DNA from: the human T2T-CHM13v2.0 reference genome, Homo sapiens
Length of the DNA: 64,000 nt
Direction: 5' to 3' (one strand)
NCBI RefSeq assembly: GCF_009914755.1
Contig: NC_060929.1
The notes under the pieces were generated by a model that ran no database searches, had not been told where the DNA came from, and saw only the letters and a list, made by a program, of their open reading frames with translations. Shown piece by piece: positions 1 to 13,821 of the stretch (the first letter of the stretch is position 1; the number at the start of each line of letters is the position of its first letter). The translations under genes and the position numbers were made by a program.

Positions 1-668
1 TATCCAAGTGATTGTTGTGGGATGCTATAGAGTTTATTCCGAACAACTTTTTGTATGAGGCACTCCCTTAGACTGCTCTCAAATCCATTTTTCACATTCC
101 AGCATATTCAGATAGTCTTAACTTTTTCTAAGAAAATTAATATGGTATTCTTTGATTATTGTGCTTTAAAATGTTATTTTGCCCACTCCTTATTAAAATA
201 AGCTTAGTTTTCTGTCTTGATGAATGAGCCAATTGGAAGATAGTTACTCTAAATTATTTGTAATGTTTCTACATATTAAAAGTATTGACATCACAAATAA
301 GAGAAGAAATTCCCCACTTTTGTCCTATTATTTGCATAACAGTTTCATTTGGTGATAAAAACAATGAAAACATTAATTCCCTCAAAAGCTTTTTTAGACC
401 TAAAAGAATAAGTAATTGGCATGACAAATCAGAGTGTATGTCCCAGTAGAGCTCGCCTCCATTGAACTTACCTTGTTTTGGTTGTGATTTCATCAAATTG
501 TGTACTCTTTAGACATTGTGATTTTTGTCTTTTGTTTTTTTGATGAAGACATTGATATATCGAATGTGATATCTTTTTCCTAATGTGAAAATACTAACAT
601 AACAACATGAAGATGACAATTCTCTTTACCTAGCCACATGTCTCATTTATCAGCTTTTCTATTTTCAG

Positions 669-850
669 TATTTGCTGGCCGTTGGTTAATGTCGTTTTGG
701 ACGGGGACTGCCAAAATCCATGAGCTCTACACAGCTGCTTGTGGTCTCTATGTTTGCTGGCTAACCATAAGGGCTGTGACGGTGATGGTGGCATGGATGC
801 CTCAGGGACGCAGAGTGATCTTCCAGAAGGTTAAAGAGTGGTCTCTCATG
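669..850 (+). CDS. MARCHF6: MARCHF6 (TEB4/Doa10 orthologue, ER E3 ubiquitin ligase) internal coding exon, 6th from last
   Basis: ttttcag acceptor (AG 667-668) and ATG|gtatgt donor. Encodes (V)FAGRWLMSFWTGTAKIHELYTAACGLYVCWLTIRAVTVMVAWMPQGRRVIFQKVKEWSLM, recognised as MARCHF6. Confidence 0.96.
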
Positions 851-1071
851 GTATGTGTGTGTAATACAAGACTGATCTTGTATGTTAGGAATAGTGAATA
901 TTTTTCCAGTCATCTTAAATTTTTTTTTTTGGCACATTTATTTCCTTACTATATTGTTTCAAGAGAGTTGATTTTTTGAATTAGAAGAAATACTCTTTCA
1001 AGATAGTGGCTTTCTGGTTCATTCTTGTTCAGAGTCCTACGTTCAGATATATGAGGTTTAAAAGAAAAACA

Positions 1072-1198
1072 GGTTGGGCACAATGGCGTATGCCTGTAAT
1101 CCCAGTACTATGGGAAGCTAAGGCAGGAGGATTGCTTGATCCCAGGAGTTTGAGACCAGCCTGGGCAACAAAGCAAGACCCCATCTGTATTTTAAAAA
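1072..1198 (+). mobile_element. Alu left monomer / FLAM
   Basis: GCCTGTAATCCCAG...GAGTTTGAGACCAGCCTGGGCAAC with no right arm. Confidence 0.85.
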
Positions 1199-2299
1199 GT
1201 ATATGTATATAATATATTTTTACTGGATCATTTAGTAGCATGTTTTTCTTTATACACGTGCATGCACACACCTACACATGCTTATATTACTTACTTAAGG
1301 GCCTTACTGGACACTTTGTAACATTATTGCTCTCAGTAACACATATGACTCCCACAAATGTAGGATAAAAAAAATACTGTAAGATGATTATCTGAGTGCA
1401 GTGATTTATGTCTGTATGTGTGTAATGTTGGCTGCAACTGGTAACTATGCTTAGGTTACTGCTTACACCTTTTCATTTGTATAATCAACTCTTAATTTTT
1501 TATCGATTTATATTTTGATTTTGATTTCATTAGAAGTTTAATATCCATTTAATATTAATGTTGAAGAAAAATATAAAATCCATTTTTATAGTGAGAGATT
1601 CATTATATATTATGGAGGGGTATAATTGCTATTTAATCCATAAGATAATGAGACAACCATATTTAAAATACAGAATCCAGCTAATTCCAGTTTTCATTTG
1701 ATAGTCTTCCACATTATTAGAAAGTGCCATATAGAGAAACAAGTATTTTGTCTTCCATACACATCATATTTAGTCTCTTGTTGAAACAGGTGTGTTTTCT
1801 GAGGCCACCTGAAGTAAAAGAGAGGTCATGAGGATCCAAGGCCACTTTAAATCATTTTTTTTTTGGTCAGAATTTCATCATTACTCTTTTATAATGTCTC
1901 CTCTCTGTGTCAGCTTTATTTTCATTTTGCCATTTAGTCCAGTTGCTAGAGCTGCACTATCTGGTATACTAGTCAGGTGGCTAAATGGCTACCATATTTG
2001 ACAGATACAGGGTATTTCTATCAGTATGGTAAGTTCTATTGGACCATGTTGTTCTTTGAGGGAGCCAGTTTGATCAGCTTTATTAATTACTTTAGGATTG
2101 TGCAGAGCCCTCCCTGTATACCAGTCCACCTCAAAGTTCACAGATCAGCCTGTGTATGGGTGGGCCACCGTTGGAGCAGGGGCCTTGGCCAGTCGGTAGC
2201 TTTTCTTGGGCAAACAGAAACCTAGTCCTAAGAACTGGATTGTGAGAAAAAAACAGCCCAGCCAGCTGTGTGCTTTTTATGTAAGAGACTTGAGTACCT

Positions 2300-2352
2300 G
2301 CAGATTTTCTGGATCCTAAAACCAGTCCCCGTGGATACTGAGGGATGACTGT
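2300..2352. mobile_element. MER2-family (Tigger) DNA transposon terminus
   Basis: ccagtccccgtggatactgagggatgactg resembles the MER2 terminal inverted repeat. Confidence 0.5.
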
Positions 2353-2450
2353 GGTTGCTCTGTTAGGCATCAGTCTCAAACCTCAAAATGGAAATAGAGT
2401 TTGGCTCAGAAAGATCCTCTTTAATGATGTGGGCTCCTGTTTCCTAATAG

Positions 2451-2585
2451 ATCATGAAGACTTTGATAGTTGCGGTGCTGTTGGCTGGAGTTGTCCCTCT
2501 CCTTCTGGGGCTCCTGTTTGAGCTGGTCATTGTGGCTCCCCTGAGGGTTCCCTTGGATCAGACTCCTCTTTTTTATCCATGGCAG
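2451..2585 (+). CDS. MARCHF6: MARCHF6 coding exon (135 bp)
   Basis: ctaatag|ATC ... CAG|gtaaat. 45 codons IMKTLIVAVLLAGVVPLLLGLLFELVIVAPLRVPLDQTPLFYPWQ, phase 0/0, in frame with neighbouring exons. Confidence 0.96.
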
Positions 2586-2646
2586 GTAAATGTATGTCTT
2601 TTGCTCATGTTATTTCATTAAGGATTTGAGATCAGAAAATAATCCT

Positions 2647-2935
2647 AGCCAGGCATGTGGCTTACGCCTATAATCTAGCACTTTGGGAGGCTGAGGTGGG
2701 AGGACTGCTTGCACCCAGGAGTTCGAGACCAGCCTGGGCAGCATGGCAAGACCTAGTCTCTATAAAAAATTGGCTCATGCGTCTGGTCCCAGCTGCTTGG
2801 GAGGCAAAGGTGAGAGGATCACAGGAGGTTGAGGCTGAAGTGAGCCATGTTCATGACACTGCACTGTAGCCTGGGCAACAGAGTAAGAGCCTCTGTCCAA
2901 AAAAAAAAAAAAAAAAAAAGACAAAAGGAAAAAAA
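2647..2935 (+). mobile_element. Old Alu (AluJ-like)
   Basis: Dimeric Alu with internal deletions and a poly(A) tail. Confidence 0.9.
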
Positions 2936-3277
2936 TATAATTTTTAATTATTTTAGGTGATTTTAAGCAGCTGGTTTAGAAAGACTAATTTTTTTTTTAA
3001 TTCTAGGAACTCTTATAAAATTGTTTAATGCTCTTTAATCTTTCAGAATATGCAGGTCTTATAACTCCTTTAAAAGTGCTTACTTTATAGGTTAAAATGT
3101 TACTAACCATTTAGTCTTCTCTAATACTTGAAAATACAAATTAATAGTCATTGATTTTTGTTCACCTTTGAGGTAGGGTGAATTGTCTTACTCCTTTTGA
3201 CTTGGAGGCTTTAATACTTTTGAATTATTATAGCATGTTTTCCCACAAAGTCACAGATTCATTAAAAAGAGTATCCT

Positions 3278-3622
<345 letters not shown>

Positions 3623-4305
3623 TTAAAGCTCATGGAAAAAGAAATGGAACTTTTCTATTGTATTTAGAGCCTGAGGTTTTTAACATCATAGAATTAAGAT
3701 CTCAAGTTCTTAGTAGGTATTGGGGGAAAAGAGCTAGGTATTGACTTCAGTCATTCAAAGGCTTTTTAGCTTTGTTTTTATCTGTTAGTATATTGCAATG
3801 GATTTTTCAGAAAATGAAAATTATTTGGCCCGTATTTCCCTTTTTCTGCTTTCCAGATGGAGAACCTCCACAAACTTCATTTACCCGAAAATTTTTATTT
3901 AAGTGCTTTTAATGGTGTACCCACACCCTGGATTGTATCACCCAGATGAAAATGAGGCTAGTGCAGTAATTTTCCTGAGGAATTTACACACTCTGATGGG
4001 AAAGCTAGACAGGTACACAGGTGTTGTGTGGTGTGATTAGGGGAAGCACAAGGAACTGTGGCATTGTGTAGGAGAGACATTTAATCTAGCTTTGGGAGTT
4101 TCAGGTATGGTGTTCCATAAGAGATAGTATCTAAGCCAACCTAACTAGTAGAGAACAGAGAAGTGGGTAAGAAAGGAAGAAGTATATTCCAGGAGGGAGA
4201 TGGGCAGACCTGGCTTGAGACAAGGCATGCATATGTGGGGAACTGCCTCCTTTCTAGTCTGGTTCATAGACTAGAATAGGTGAGAAATAAGTAATACAAA
4301 GAAGT

Positions 4306-4690
4306 ACAGAACTGACTTGTGTTTTGATTTATGACTTTTTAACTTTTTGATGGTTGAAAGCGATACACATTCAGCAGAAACTGTACTTTGAGTACTTCTA
4401 CAGCTATTCTGTTTTTCACTTTCAGTATAGTATTCAGTAAATTGCATGAGATAGTCACTACGTAATTATAAAATTACGTAGGCTTGTTAGGCCTCAGTTA
4501 TACTACAAGGCAAAAAATAAAATAGGTTTTGTGTTAGAAGTTTTTGCCCAACTATAGGCTAATGTAAATGTTCCGAGCGCATTGTGATAGGCTGGGCTAA
4601 GCTATGATGTTCGGTAGGTTAGATGTATTAAATGCATTTTTGACTTACAGTGTTTTCAATTACAGATGGGTTTATCTGGACCTAACATCA
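4306..4690 (-). mobile_element. MER47/Tigger5-like DNA transposon
   Basis: Reverse complement resembles the MER47 consensus (gctaagctatgatgttcggtagg, aaatgcatttttgacttac, gtaagttgaggag). Confidence 0.7.
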
Positions 4691-4942
4691 TTGTAAGTTG
4701 AGGAGGATCTAATTAAGCATATGTTATGCCTTTCTGTAAGAGCCGTATTCCAGAGTAGTCAAATAGTATCTGTAATTGAAGGAAAGAGCTACCTTTTTTT
4801 TTTTTTTTTACAGAAAAATGCCAGCAAATAAAGGTAGAGAGATTAACACGATTAGAAAAATACTATTTTGCAATACCTAACAAAATAATTGATTATAGCA
4901 AGGATTGTTAATGGATGTTGAACCCAACAGATGAAAGGTTGA

Positions 4943-5520
4943 TCAGTCTTCAGTTGCTATTGCTGTGTAACAAGTTATCCCGCAACTTTGCAGCTTAAAA
5001 CAACCATTTTAATTTTGTCCATAGAGTCTGTGGGTCAGATATTAAGACAGGGCATATCACTTTGCCTCTGCTTTGTGCTATCTGGGACTCAGCTGGGAAG
5101 ATTCAATGGCTGGGAATGATTTGACAGTTATGGATGGAATCATTTGGCTGGAAACACACAACTAGTGGAGGGGTCAGGCTGATAATACCCTAACCCAGTC
5201 AGTGATCACTTAACAGTGTGAGAGTTGATGCTTGTTGTTGGTTGCTACCCATCTGGGGCTGTTGACTGGAGCTCCTATATGTGCCTGGGCTGCTTCATAG
5301 CTAAGTAACCTCAAGGTATTTGGGCTTCTTACGTTGTAGTTCAGGGAAATGAGTGACCCCACAAACAAGAAGCTGCATCATCTTTAATGACCCCATGTCA
5401 GAAGGCCTACAACATCACTTTTCAGTACATTTTACTGGGTATAAGCAAGTAACAAATGTTGGCTAAGATTCAAGGGAAGAGGACATAGACCCCCTACCAC
5501 ATGATGGGAAAATAATTTGC
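4943..5520. mobile_element. MLT1 (MaLR) LTR inserted in an old L1 3' fragment
   Basis: Typical MLT1 motifs gctattgctgtgtaacaa...gcttaaaacaacc...gattcaagggaaggacatagacc. Confidence 0.7.
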
Positions 5521-5744
5521 AGGTATGTTACATTGCAGTGTGAAAGTGGTTATTTGAATGGTGGCAAAGTGTCACCTTATGGATTACTTTATGGCTCAAA
5601 GGGAAACACACAACTAGTGGAGGGGTCAGGCTGACAATACCCTAACCCAGTCAGTGATCAAGCAAAGTACTGCTGCAAATGGGACAAACAGATACTATCT
5701 GCCTTTTAATGTTACGCAGCATGAGCCCTGGAAAAGGCCAGAGC

Positions 5745-6270
5745 ATCCCGTGGCATCAAGGAGCCATCTTGGCACTGTTAGCCAGGCCTTAGTGTTCTCC
5801 TGTTGGACATAAACAATTTGACAGAACATCAACATCATACACTGTCACTCTGTGATCAAGATAGAGGAAGACAAAAGCAAGACCCTCTGCAATCATGTCT
5901 GAACACAGACAGAACAGGAGCATTATTCAAACCACAGAAATGACCAAACATTCCCCTTTACTGGCTAACATGATTGGTTACTGCCTCATTACCAATTACA
6001 GTTTTAGCTTCTGCCACTTTTTCTAGATAAGATTTATTTATTAAGATAACCATTCACAGATTACTCTGCTTTCTAATAGCATCTGATACAGACCAAATTC
6101 CTGCTTCTTAAATCCTCCCCCAAATCCCTAACATAAGCTGAAATCCTGTAATAACCCCTTTCTAGCACTCTTACTGAGGGGCCCCAAGTTCTCCATGATG
6201 TGTTACTCCCTTGCTGCAATGAGTAATAAATGCAACTTGTTCTAGTTATACTTGTATTTTTGGTGGTCTT
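5745..6270 (+). mobile_element. ERV1-class solo LTR (MER67-like)
   Basis: LTR-like composition with gctgcaatgagtAATAAA near the 3' end; subfamily uncertain. Confidence 0.5.
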
Positions 6271-8915
6271 TACAGTACTCAGCATTACTTCTGAAATCAT
6301 CATCACCTTAGAGAATTCTTTGGTACTATCAAAGTTTAAAAATGCTTATATATTATGACTCAGCAGTTTGGCTTTTCAGAATCTACTGTGAGGCATGAGC
6401 AAGGCTGTTTCTGCAAATACATCATTTTTTATAGCAAAAAATGAGAAGTGATCTAGATGTCCACCAATAGAGAATGCCCAAATAAAATGTGGAATATCAA
6501 TGCAGCAATTGAAAAAATGAAGTAGAGATATTTGTTTTGATATCGATAGCTCCCAGACGTGTTTCTGAGTTGGGGGAAAGCACAAGCTGTAGACAGATAA
6601 TGTGCAGCGTGCTATCCTTAATGTTTTGCATTAAACCCCCAAGTTTTTGAAGGAACAGTTTGCTTTTTCTTAATTCATGACTTTAAGCTACTTGCCTTTC
6701 CTGCAGCAAGTGGCTGCAGCTCCGTGGGATAGTGGGCCAGTTGGAATTCTAGCAGAGCAGCTAGTGTGGTGTGTCCTGTCTGGCAGGAGAGGACTGCAAA
6801 GCAGTGGGTTTTTGGAGAACGCGAATCACAGTGATCTTGGACCTCCTTGGGTAAACATTAATCTCATTTGGGTGTCTGCTGGACTCCCAGAAGGCCAAGA
6901 GAAAGCTGAATTGGTGGGTTGTTGCATCTTCCCTGCCTGTGAGAAAAAGCAGGGAGGCTTTCTTCATGTTCCTCAGTAGGAGACTGTTGGAGGGCTATCC
7001 CAAAGGTCTGAAGACGTAAAAGATCCTTTTGAAGCCCTTTAGGATATTCTCAGCCAGGCCCAAGCCTCCTTGAGGCTGCAGAGGAAATTATAACAAGTGC
7101 TTTATATGCAGGAGGCTTAGCAGCCGCAGAAAGGAAGTTAAGGCAGAGCAGTCAGAACACATGCCAGTTTGACAGCACTGCTTGCAGAGCCATGAGCTTC
7201 CAGAGAGAAGAGGAAATACACGGACGCCGAGTGCAGTATGTTCACACGCACATACAAACAGCAGCTCTAAAGCAGAACGCAGTTGTTGTGGAGCTGTATG
7301 ACATAGATTTCAGACAAATCTAGTAGTGAAAAAAGATGTGGACAGTCACCACTGGGCTTGGCTTGGAGGCTTGGAAGATGAATGCAAAGCACTGGGCAAA
7401 ACGGAAGAGGAAATTGAGAAAGAGAAATGTTTTGGAGGAAACATCTAGGAGACTTAGCGTACTGATAACGGGGGTTCCAGAAGGAACAAATGTGAGGCAG
7501 CATTGATACAAAAACAGGAGAAAATTTAACTGAATTGAAGAAAGATCTGATTCTGTAGTTTGAAGGGGCTCATGAGATTTGGTAAGATTGAGATCCAAGA
7601 TAAAAACACGTAATTGGGTATATCTTATTAGACACGGGGAAATCAAAACAAGCTTCAAAAAACTGCATTGTCATTGGACTTTTTTTCTGTAGCACTGAAA
7701 ACCATAAGATCAGAGAATTTATAGACGACTGGGTAAAAGGGACAAAAGCCAAGCTTCCTCTACCCAGACAAAAAATCATTTAGCTGTTCACCTATCAGGG
7801 TGAAGATTGATATTTGAGGGTATTCAAGAATTCAGTGTATGTATCAACCTCTCACCCCATTTGAAGAAGATCCTTAGAATAACCAATCAAACCAGTAAAG
7901 AAATGGGAACATTGGCCTCAAGATGGTAGACAGTGAAGAGGAGAATTAACAATCTGAGCAAAGTCCATATGAAAATGATACTACATACTTTCTATGGGAT
8001 ATAGATGTATAGATGCAGCTGAATGCATGGGGAAAAACATGGATGGTATGTACCAAAAGCTAATAGTGGTTATTGCTGGGGAGGGATCAGGATTTAAGGT
8101 AGTGATCACAGAGGACTCCCGTCTTTTCTGTAAAGATTTTGGTTTTATGTAAGAATCAGTCTAAATGTTACATGTGGTTTCTTTTTTTTTTTTTAATACC
8201 GTTTTTTGTTGTTGTTGTTTTAAATAAGCTAGATAGAGACCAGGTTATAAAGGGTTTTGTGTGCCTTGCTAAGGACTTCAGGGTTGTTAAGCAGGGAAGT
8301 TACGTTCATGATCTGATTTGCATTTAAAGAGATACTTGGTGGTGGTGGGGAAGGGGGCTGTGGGGAGGGAGGAAGTAGTCATCACTCTGTCTGGTGGAGA
8401 GCTGGAGGGTGGGCAGGCCAAGAGTCCGTTGCACCATGAGGAGGAACCTAGTAACAGTTCCCCAGTAGAACCACAAATGCTTCAAGCTAGAAGCTATCTG
8501 TGAGCCTTTAGAATGGTTTCTTAGGCCAAACTTTGCTCCACAGTCTTAATTTGACATAAATCAGCTCACTTGAAACCAATGAAATAGCCTAAAGATAGTT
8601 TGAAATAAAATCTTGGCATTTATTTTATTTGCTTTTTGAGATATCCATTAATGACCAGACTTTCTCTAACTCTTGGGAAAACAATATAGATTTTTAAAAG
8701 ATAGAAGAACAATTTTTGATGGAAACATTGAATTTGAGCTGTTGAAGAAAAAAAATTCTCTGGGTTTTCAGTACGTTAGTCTTTTGTAAAATTGTTGCCA
8801 ATCCTATAGAACTTCTATTTTGATGTGAAATAATGTAAGAAAATTATACAGCCTCTCTGCTGTGTTTATTGTTAAAAAACAACAGAAATATGTTAAATGG
8901 TTTTTAATTCCCTAG

Positions 8916-9005
8916 GACTGGGCACTTGGAGTCCTGCATGCCAAAATCATTGCAGCTATAACATTGATGGGTCCTCAGTGGTGGTTGAAAACTGTAATTG
9001 AACAG
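8916..9005 (+). CDS. MARCHF6: MARCHF6 coding exon (90 bp)
   Basis: ccctag|GAC ... CAG|gtaagc. Encodes DWALGVLHAKIIAAITLMGPQWWLKTVIEQ. Confidence 0.96.
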
Positions 9006-9177
9006 GTAAGCAAAATCAGTTTTCAGAGAAAGACATTCTGGAATTGGTTGTGTTTATGTTTGGCAGCTATAACTCTTATTTCTTATCTTCCTACCTTGCT
9101 GAGTTTTCTACATTTTTTTTGATGGGCATATATAACCTTTTTTTTTTTTTTTAAAGACAGCAGTTTAGTTTTACCAC

Positions 9178-9737
9178 TGTAGGGGAGGAAAATAATTTGT
9201 TCTCAACCCTTGTTTTTTTTAGTTAAAATGGAACCCTTTAATAAAAGACAACAGAAAAACAAAAGTTTATTAAAGTACATATTTCATATATACATGGAGA
9301 TACCCAGGGAATGAGTAATTTCAAAGAGGTGGCTTTGAATTCCAACGAATCTTCAACAAAGAATAATAAATTTTTAGAGAAGTGACAAGATGAAGGAAAA
9401 GGACTTTGAGTCTCTAGGGGTGGCAAGTGAGGGGAAGCAAAAAATTGGCAGATGCGGCTCCTTAGTAAAGCTTGGCAGTGTTGATTCCTCTGGTGCCATC
9501 TAGAGGCCCAGAAAGGCCCAAAGCTCTCTTCAGTGGGTAATCTTTGTCCTTCATGGTGTAGGGAAGTGGGGTGGGCTACCTTTTGTCTTTATACATTTAT
9601 ATTCTGCTTCTAGGCAATAGAGGGAGGACGGAAAGTTTTCCTGCATCTATTCTTTCTCAGTTGCATTCAACTCAAAACAATCCTTATGCCTAAGAGGCAT
9701 ATTTTTAGGGTGGCATATTGTGGTTTTCTATACTCCC
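9178..9737 (-). mobile_element. ERV-type solo LTR
   Basis: Begins TGTAGGGGAGGAAAATAA and has LTR-like internal motifs; subfamily not assigned. Confidence 0.45.
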
Positions 9738-11570
9738 ATGAATTTTCATCAACCACGTTTAAGCCATCCTTTATCTGAAGGTTAACCAGTAGCTTACGGT
9801 ATCTAGAACCCTGTTCATAGTGGAGACAAAAATGAAAATACGTGCTTTTTTTCTGGTGAAGGTTGATATTAATGTTTCTAAGCCTGTAGTAGATTTGGAG
9901 TGGGGGAAAGGTTATTGCTCGAGGTAATAAAAGAAGACAGAGGAAAAAACATTACAAAAGGAGAGCTGTTTTGGCTTCATCTAGCTACATAGTACCTAAG
10001 ACTATTATTGTATTACAGAACTGCCAGATAATTTGATTGTTGTGGGAATACCTTGGAAAAGGTAGACTGTGCTTTAGCACTCCGATAATAAGACTAGAAA
10101 GTATGGTAATTCATTTAAGGAAAATTTCTATCCAAAATGGCCAACATAACAGATTTTGCTGCTACTTTACGCTTTAGCTATATGGCAAATGTACTTGTGG
10201 GGACCCCTCTTATCCTTAGGCCAGTGCCACATAAGTAAGACATAACAGTTCTGCAGCAGTAAAGTACACCTCTTTTTGCTGTATGAGAAGTAAAGACAGT
10301 AGTTAGCCAAGCATGCTCAAGAAAATCTGTTCAAAAAGTGCCTGTATTTCAAGATTTTGATTCTTAGGAGTAGGGGGGTTAGGGAGCCAGCAAATTGCAG
10401 TGTGTTTGTGTGTGTCTCTAAAGTATGGGCTAATTCTGAAGTCCACCAGGAGTGTGATGGATTGGGGGCTTCTGGCTTCATATCCCTTCAGGATCAGAGT
10501 GCAGGCCAGTACACTCTAGAATGGCCAGGTTAGCCTCTGGCCCTTGAAAAAGGAGCATGGAGATGGGATTTATTCATACTGGAGGCTGTGGAACATCATT
10601 GATCTTCTAAATAATTTGTTATCTTATTCATTGTTTTCTCTTGCGTATGTGCGTGTGTGTCTCTGTAAATTTAAGAAAAATGGTTGGAAATGGTTGAGAA
10701 ACACTGGGATGCCTTGCTTCATTGATTAAAATGCATTTGGGTTAACTAGGTGTCTTTGGGAATGGCAGCATGCCTTTAAAAGGTTAAGCATGTTTGCCAT
10801 TCAAATTCCGAGGTGATGGGGTTGAGTTATGCTACATTCAGTCACAGCTAAGAGAGGTTTAAGTGCTGCTGGTGAGGCAAGAGGAGAAGAAAATAACAGC
10901 CTTCTAAGCCTTGTTTCTGTCTGCACTCCATCTAAATTTTCTGTTCCCAGGGTTTTCCCATTTCCATCCATTCTTTCCTCTGCATTACTCTTGTAGAATT
11001 TTCTGGATAAGATGATGGAAATATTCTAGTAATTCTTGGACTTGCTTTTTTTATATTCACTATAGAATTCTTTCATACTAAATTTTTAAATACCTTTTGA
11101 TTTGTTAAAATTTGATTTATGCAAGCTTTTCAGAAACGCTTCCTGCTTCAGTGTTTTCTCATCATACTCAGATAAAATGAATGCAATATTGTATAATAAC
11201 ACAATATTACATATTACGTATCTCTTTCATAAGATGTATGAAGTTACTTCAAGTAATGTGGTCTTGAATGAATACCACTGAATGTCATCTGGTATTGTAT
11301 AGTGCAAGTAGAGTATAAATTATTCTAGATTAGTGTCTTATTTCATCACTTAGCAGAGCTAACTGCAGAGCGTTAGTGGGTAAATACATTTCTTCAGAAA
11401 CTCGTGGGCACTATGCTTATGTTGATATACCAGAATTTGCCTTGACTTTAGAAGAAGTAACCAGTTTGACTATTTTTGGGTTGGCAGATTCAGTTGTGTG
11501 GAGATTGCTGTATTAACTTGGAGGAATTTGTCTTGTATCTTTGTTCTAATTGCTTTTTGTAATGTTTCAG

Positions 11571-11703
11571 GTTTACGCAAATGGCATCCGGAACATTGAC
11601 CTTCACTATATTGTTCGTAAACTGGCAGCTCCCGTGATCTCTGTGCTGTTGCTTTCCCTGTGTGTACCTTATGTCATAGCTTCTGGTGTTGTTCCTTTAC
11701 TAG
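11571..11703 (+). CDS. MARCHF6: MARCHF6 coding exon (133 bp)
   Basis: tttcag|GTT ... CTAG|gtacgt. Encodes VYANGIRNIDLHYIVRKLAAPVISVLLLSLCVPYVIASGVVPLL(G). Confidence 0.96.
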
Positions 11704-12986
11704 GTACGTAATGCTGGTTGTGGAGCCTTGAAGGAGCACTTTTATTAACATTGGACATTCTCTTTACCCCTAGTAAAAAGGATGTCTCACTCCATATGCT
11801 TTATTTGTAAATGTGAATCCAGCTAAGACAATGATTTCAAAATACCACTTTTCTTAGATTTGACTATTCTGGGTAAGATTAGAGGATCATAAAGCTCTTT
11901 GATACAGTTCTTTTCTCTACCAGAAGATAAAACTTGAAATTTACATGCTGTACAAAATAGGCAGGATCAGATTTCCTTCAGGTTGTCTTCTTCTGACTAG
12001 AAGTGCTGTGATCATATAAAATTAAGTAACAGTGTTGTTGTATTTAAGTTTTAAAGAAATATTCTTTGGCATAAAAGATCCAAAGAGGAGATGCTAATGG
12101 GCAACACGTTTATACTGAAATACACTGTCTTGTTGATTGTGTAGTGAAGACTCCTCATAGCTCCTTAAACCCAACATATTTTCAAAATTATAAGCAGAGA
12201 CTTTTCCTTCCCAAATCTTTTTCTTCTCCAGAATTCCGTCTCTCAGCAGCAAACATTATCATCCAACAAATTGCATAAGTCAGAAACCTTGAAGGCTATC
12301 CATGTCACCTTATTCTGTCCTCCATGTCCCTCTGGTCTCCAAGTGTCCCATTCTTCCCTGAAGAATCTGGTCTCTCGTCTCTGGAGCCTTTGCTCCTGAC
12401 TTTTGTTGAGTCATTCGTCTCCTACCCTAACTTTGGCACCTTCCTATCTGGTTTCCCAGCCTTGAACCTGCCATCACTAATTCCTTCTCCACACTGGGCA
12501 CAATGACCTTTCAAAAGAATGAATCTCATTGTACCTCTTTGGTGAACATTTTTTTCATTGGTTCCTCTGTGGCCTTTAATGCAGTCCAACCTTTTGGCAT
12601 AGTTTACAAGGCTCCTCCTTTTGCTTTGATGTGGGCTTCAGTTTGACCTCACTCCATGTCATATACTCTGAGTTTTGATTAAACAACCATGGAATGGCCT
12701 CTTATCAAACACACAATGTCCTCTCCATAACTGTCTCCACATTTTCATTTGTCTTATCCATCTGCCAGAAATGACCCCGTCCTCCCTTTAACCGTGAGAG
12801 AGGAGCTTAAAAAAAACACACAACCAAACTTGCAGTGTAACATGTATACTTGTATGTTACCTTACTAGGTCAAGAAATAGAACTTTTCCAGCCCTTTGGA
12901 AGCCCTTTGTGTGTGTGCCCTTCTTTACCTTTTGCCACTGGTTTGACTTCTAATAGTCTCATTGCTTCTTAGACAGTAAAGATATT

Positions 12987-13258
12987 AGCCATGTGCAGTA
13001 GCTACTTGGGAGGCTGAGGTGGGAGGTTGCTTGAAGCCAGGAATTGAAGACCAGTCTGAGCAACATGGCGAGACCCAACCTCTAAAAAAAATAAAAATAA
13101 ATTATCTGGGAGTGGTGGCGCACACCTGTAATCTCAGCTGCCCTGCAGGCTGATGCAGGAGGATTGCTTGAACCCAGGAGTTCAGGGCTAACCTCAGGTT
13201 GTGACACTCCAATCTAGCCCAGGCAACAGGCCAAGACCCTGTCTCAAAAAAAAAAAAT
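12987..13258 (+). mobile_element. Degenerate Alu (AluJ-like)
   Basis: Alu arms and poly(A); 5' end deleted or rearranged. Confidence 0.85.
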
Positions 13259-13505
13259 TGCTCAACACAGGTTTGTATAGAGAGAGGCTGAGCAATGTAT
13301 CCCTCAGTCTGCAGGATGGCATGGGAAACAGGGAACAGTTAAGCTGAGGGCCCACAGTGTGCAAACTGCATCATTTCCTGGTTCCTTCTAAGTAGAAACT
13401 TCAAGGCTTTTATTTGGTTTGAATTGTGACTATGCCAAGTATCATAAATACCATATTAAAATGCAAATATATATTTCCTGCAAAATATATTTCAAAGCCC
13501 ATTGC

Positions 13506-13821
<316 letters not shown>

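Noticed and set aside
6677-6979. GC-richer intronic stretch with a ttcctgcag acceptor-like site and a 100-aa ORF
   Set aside because: No convincing donor, and the flanking MARCHF6 exons already join in frame to give the known protein.
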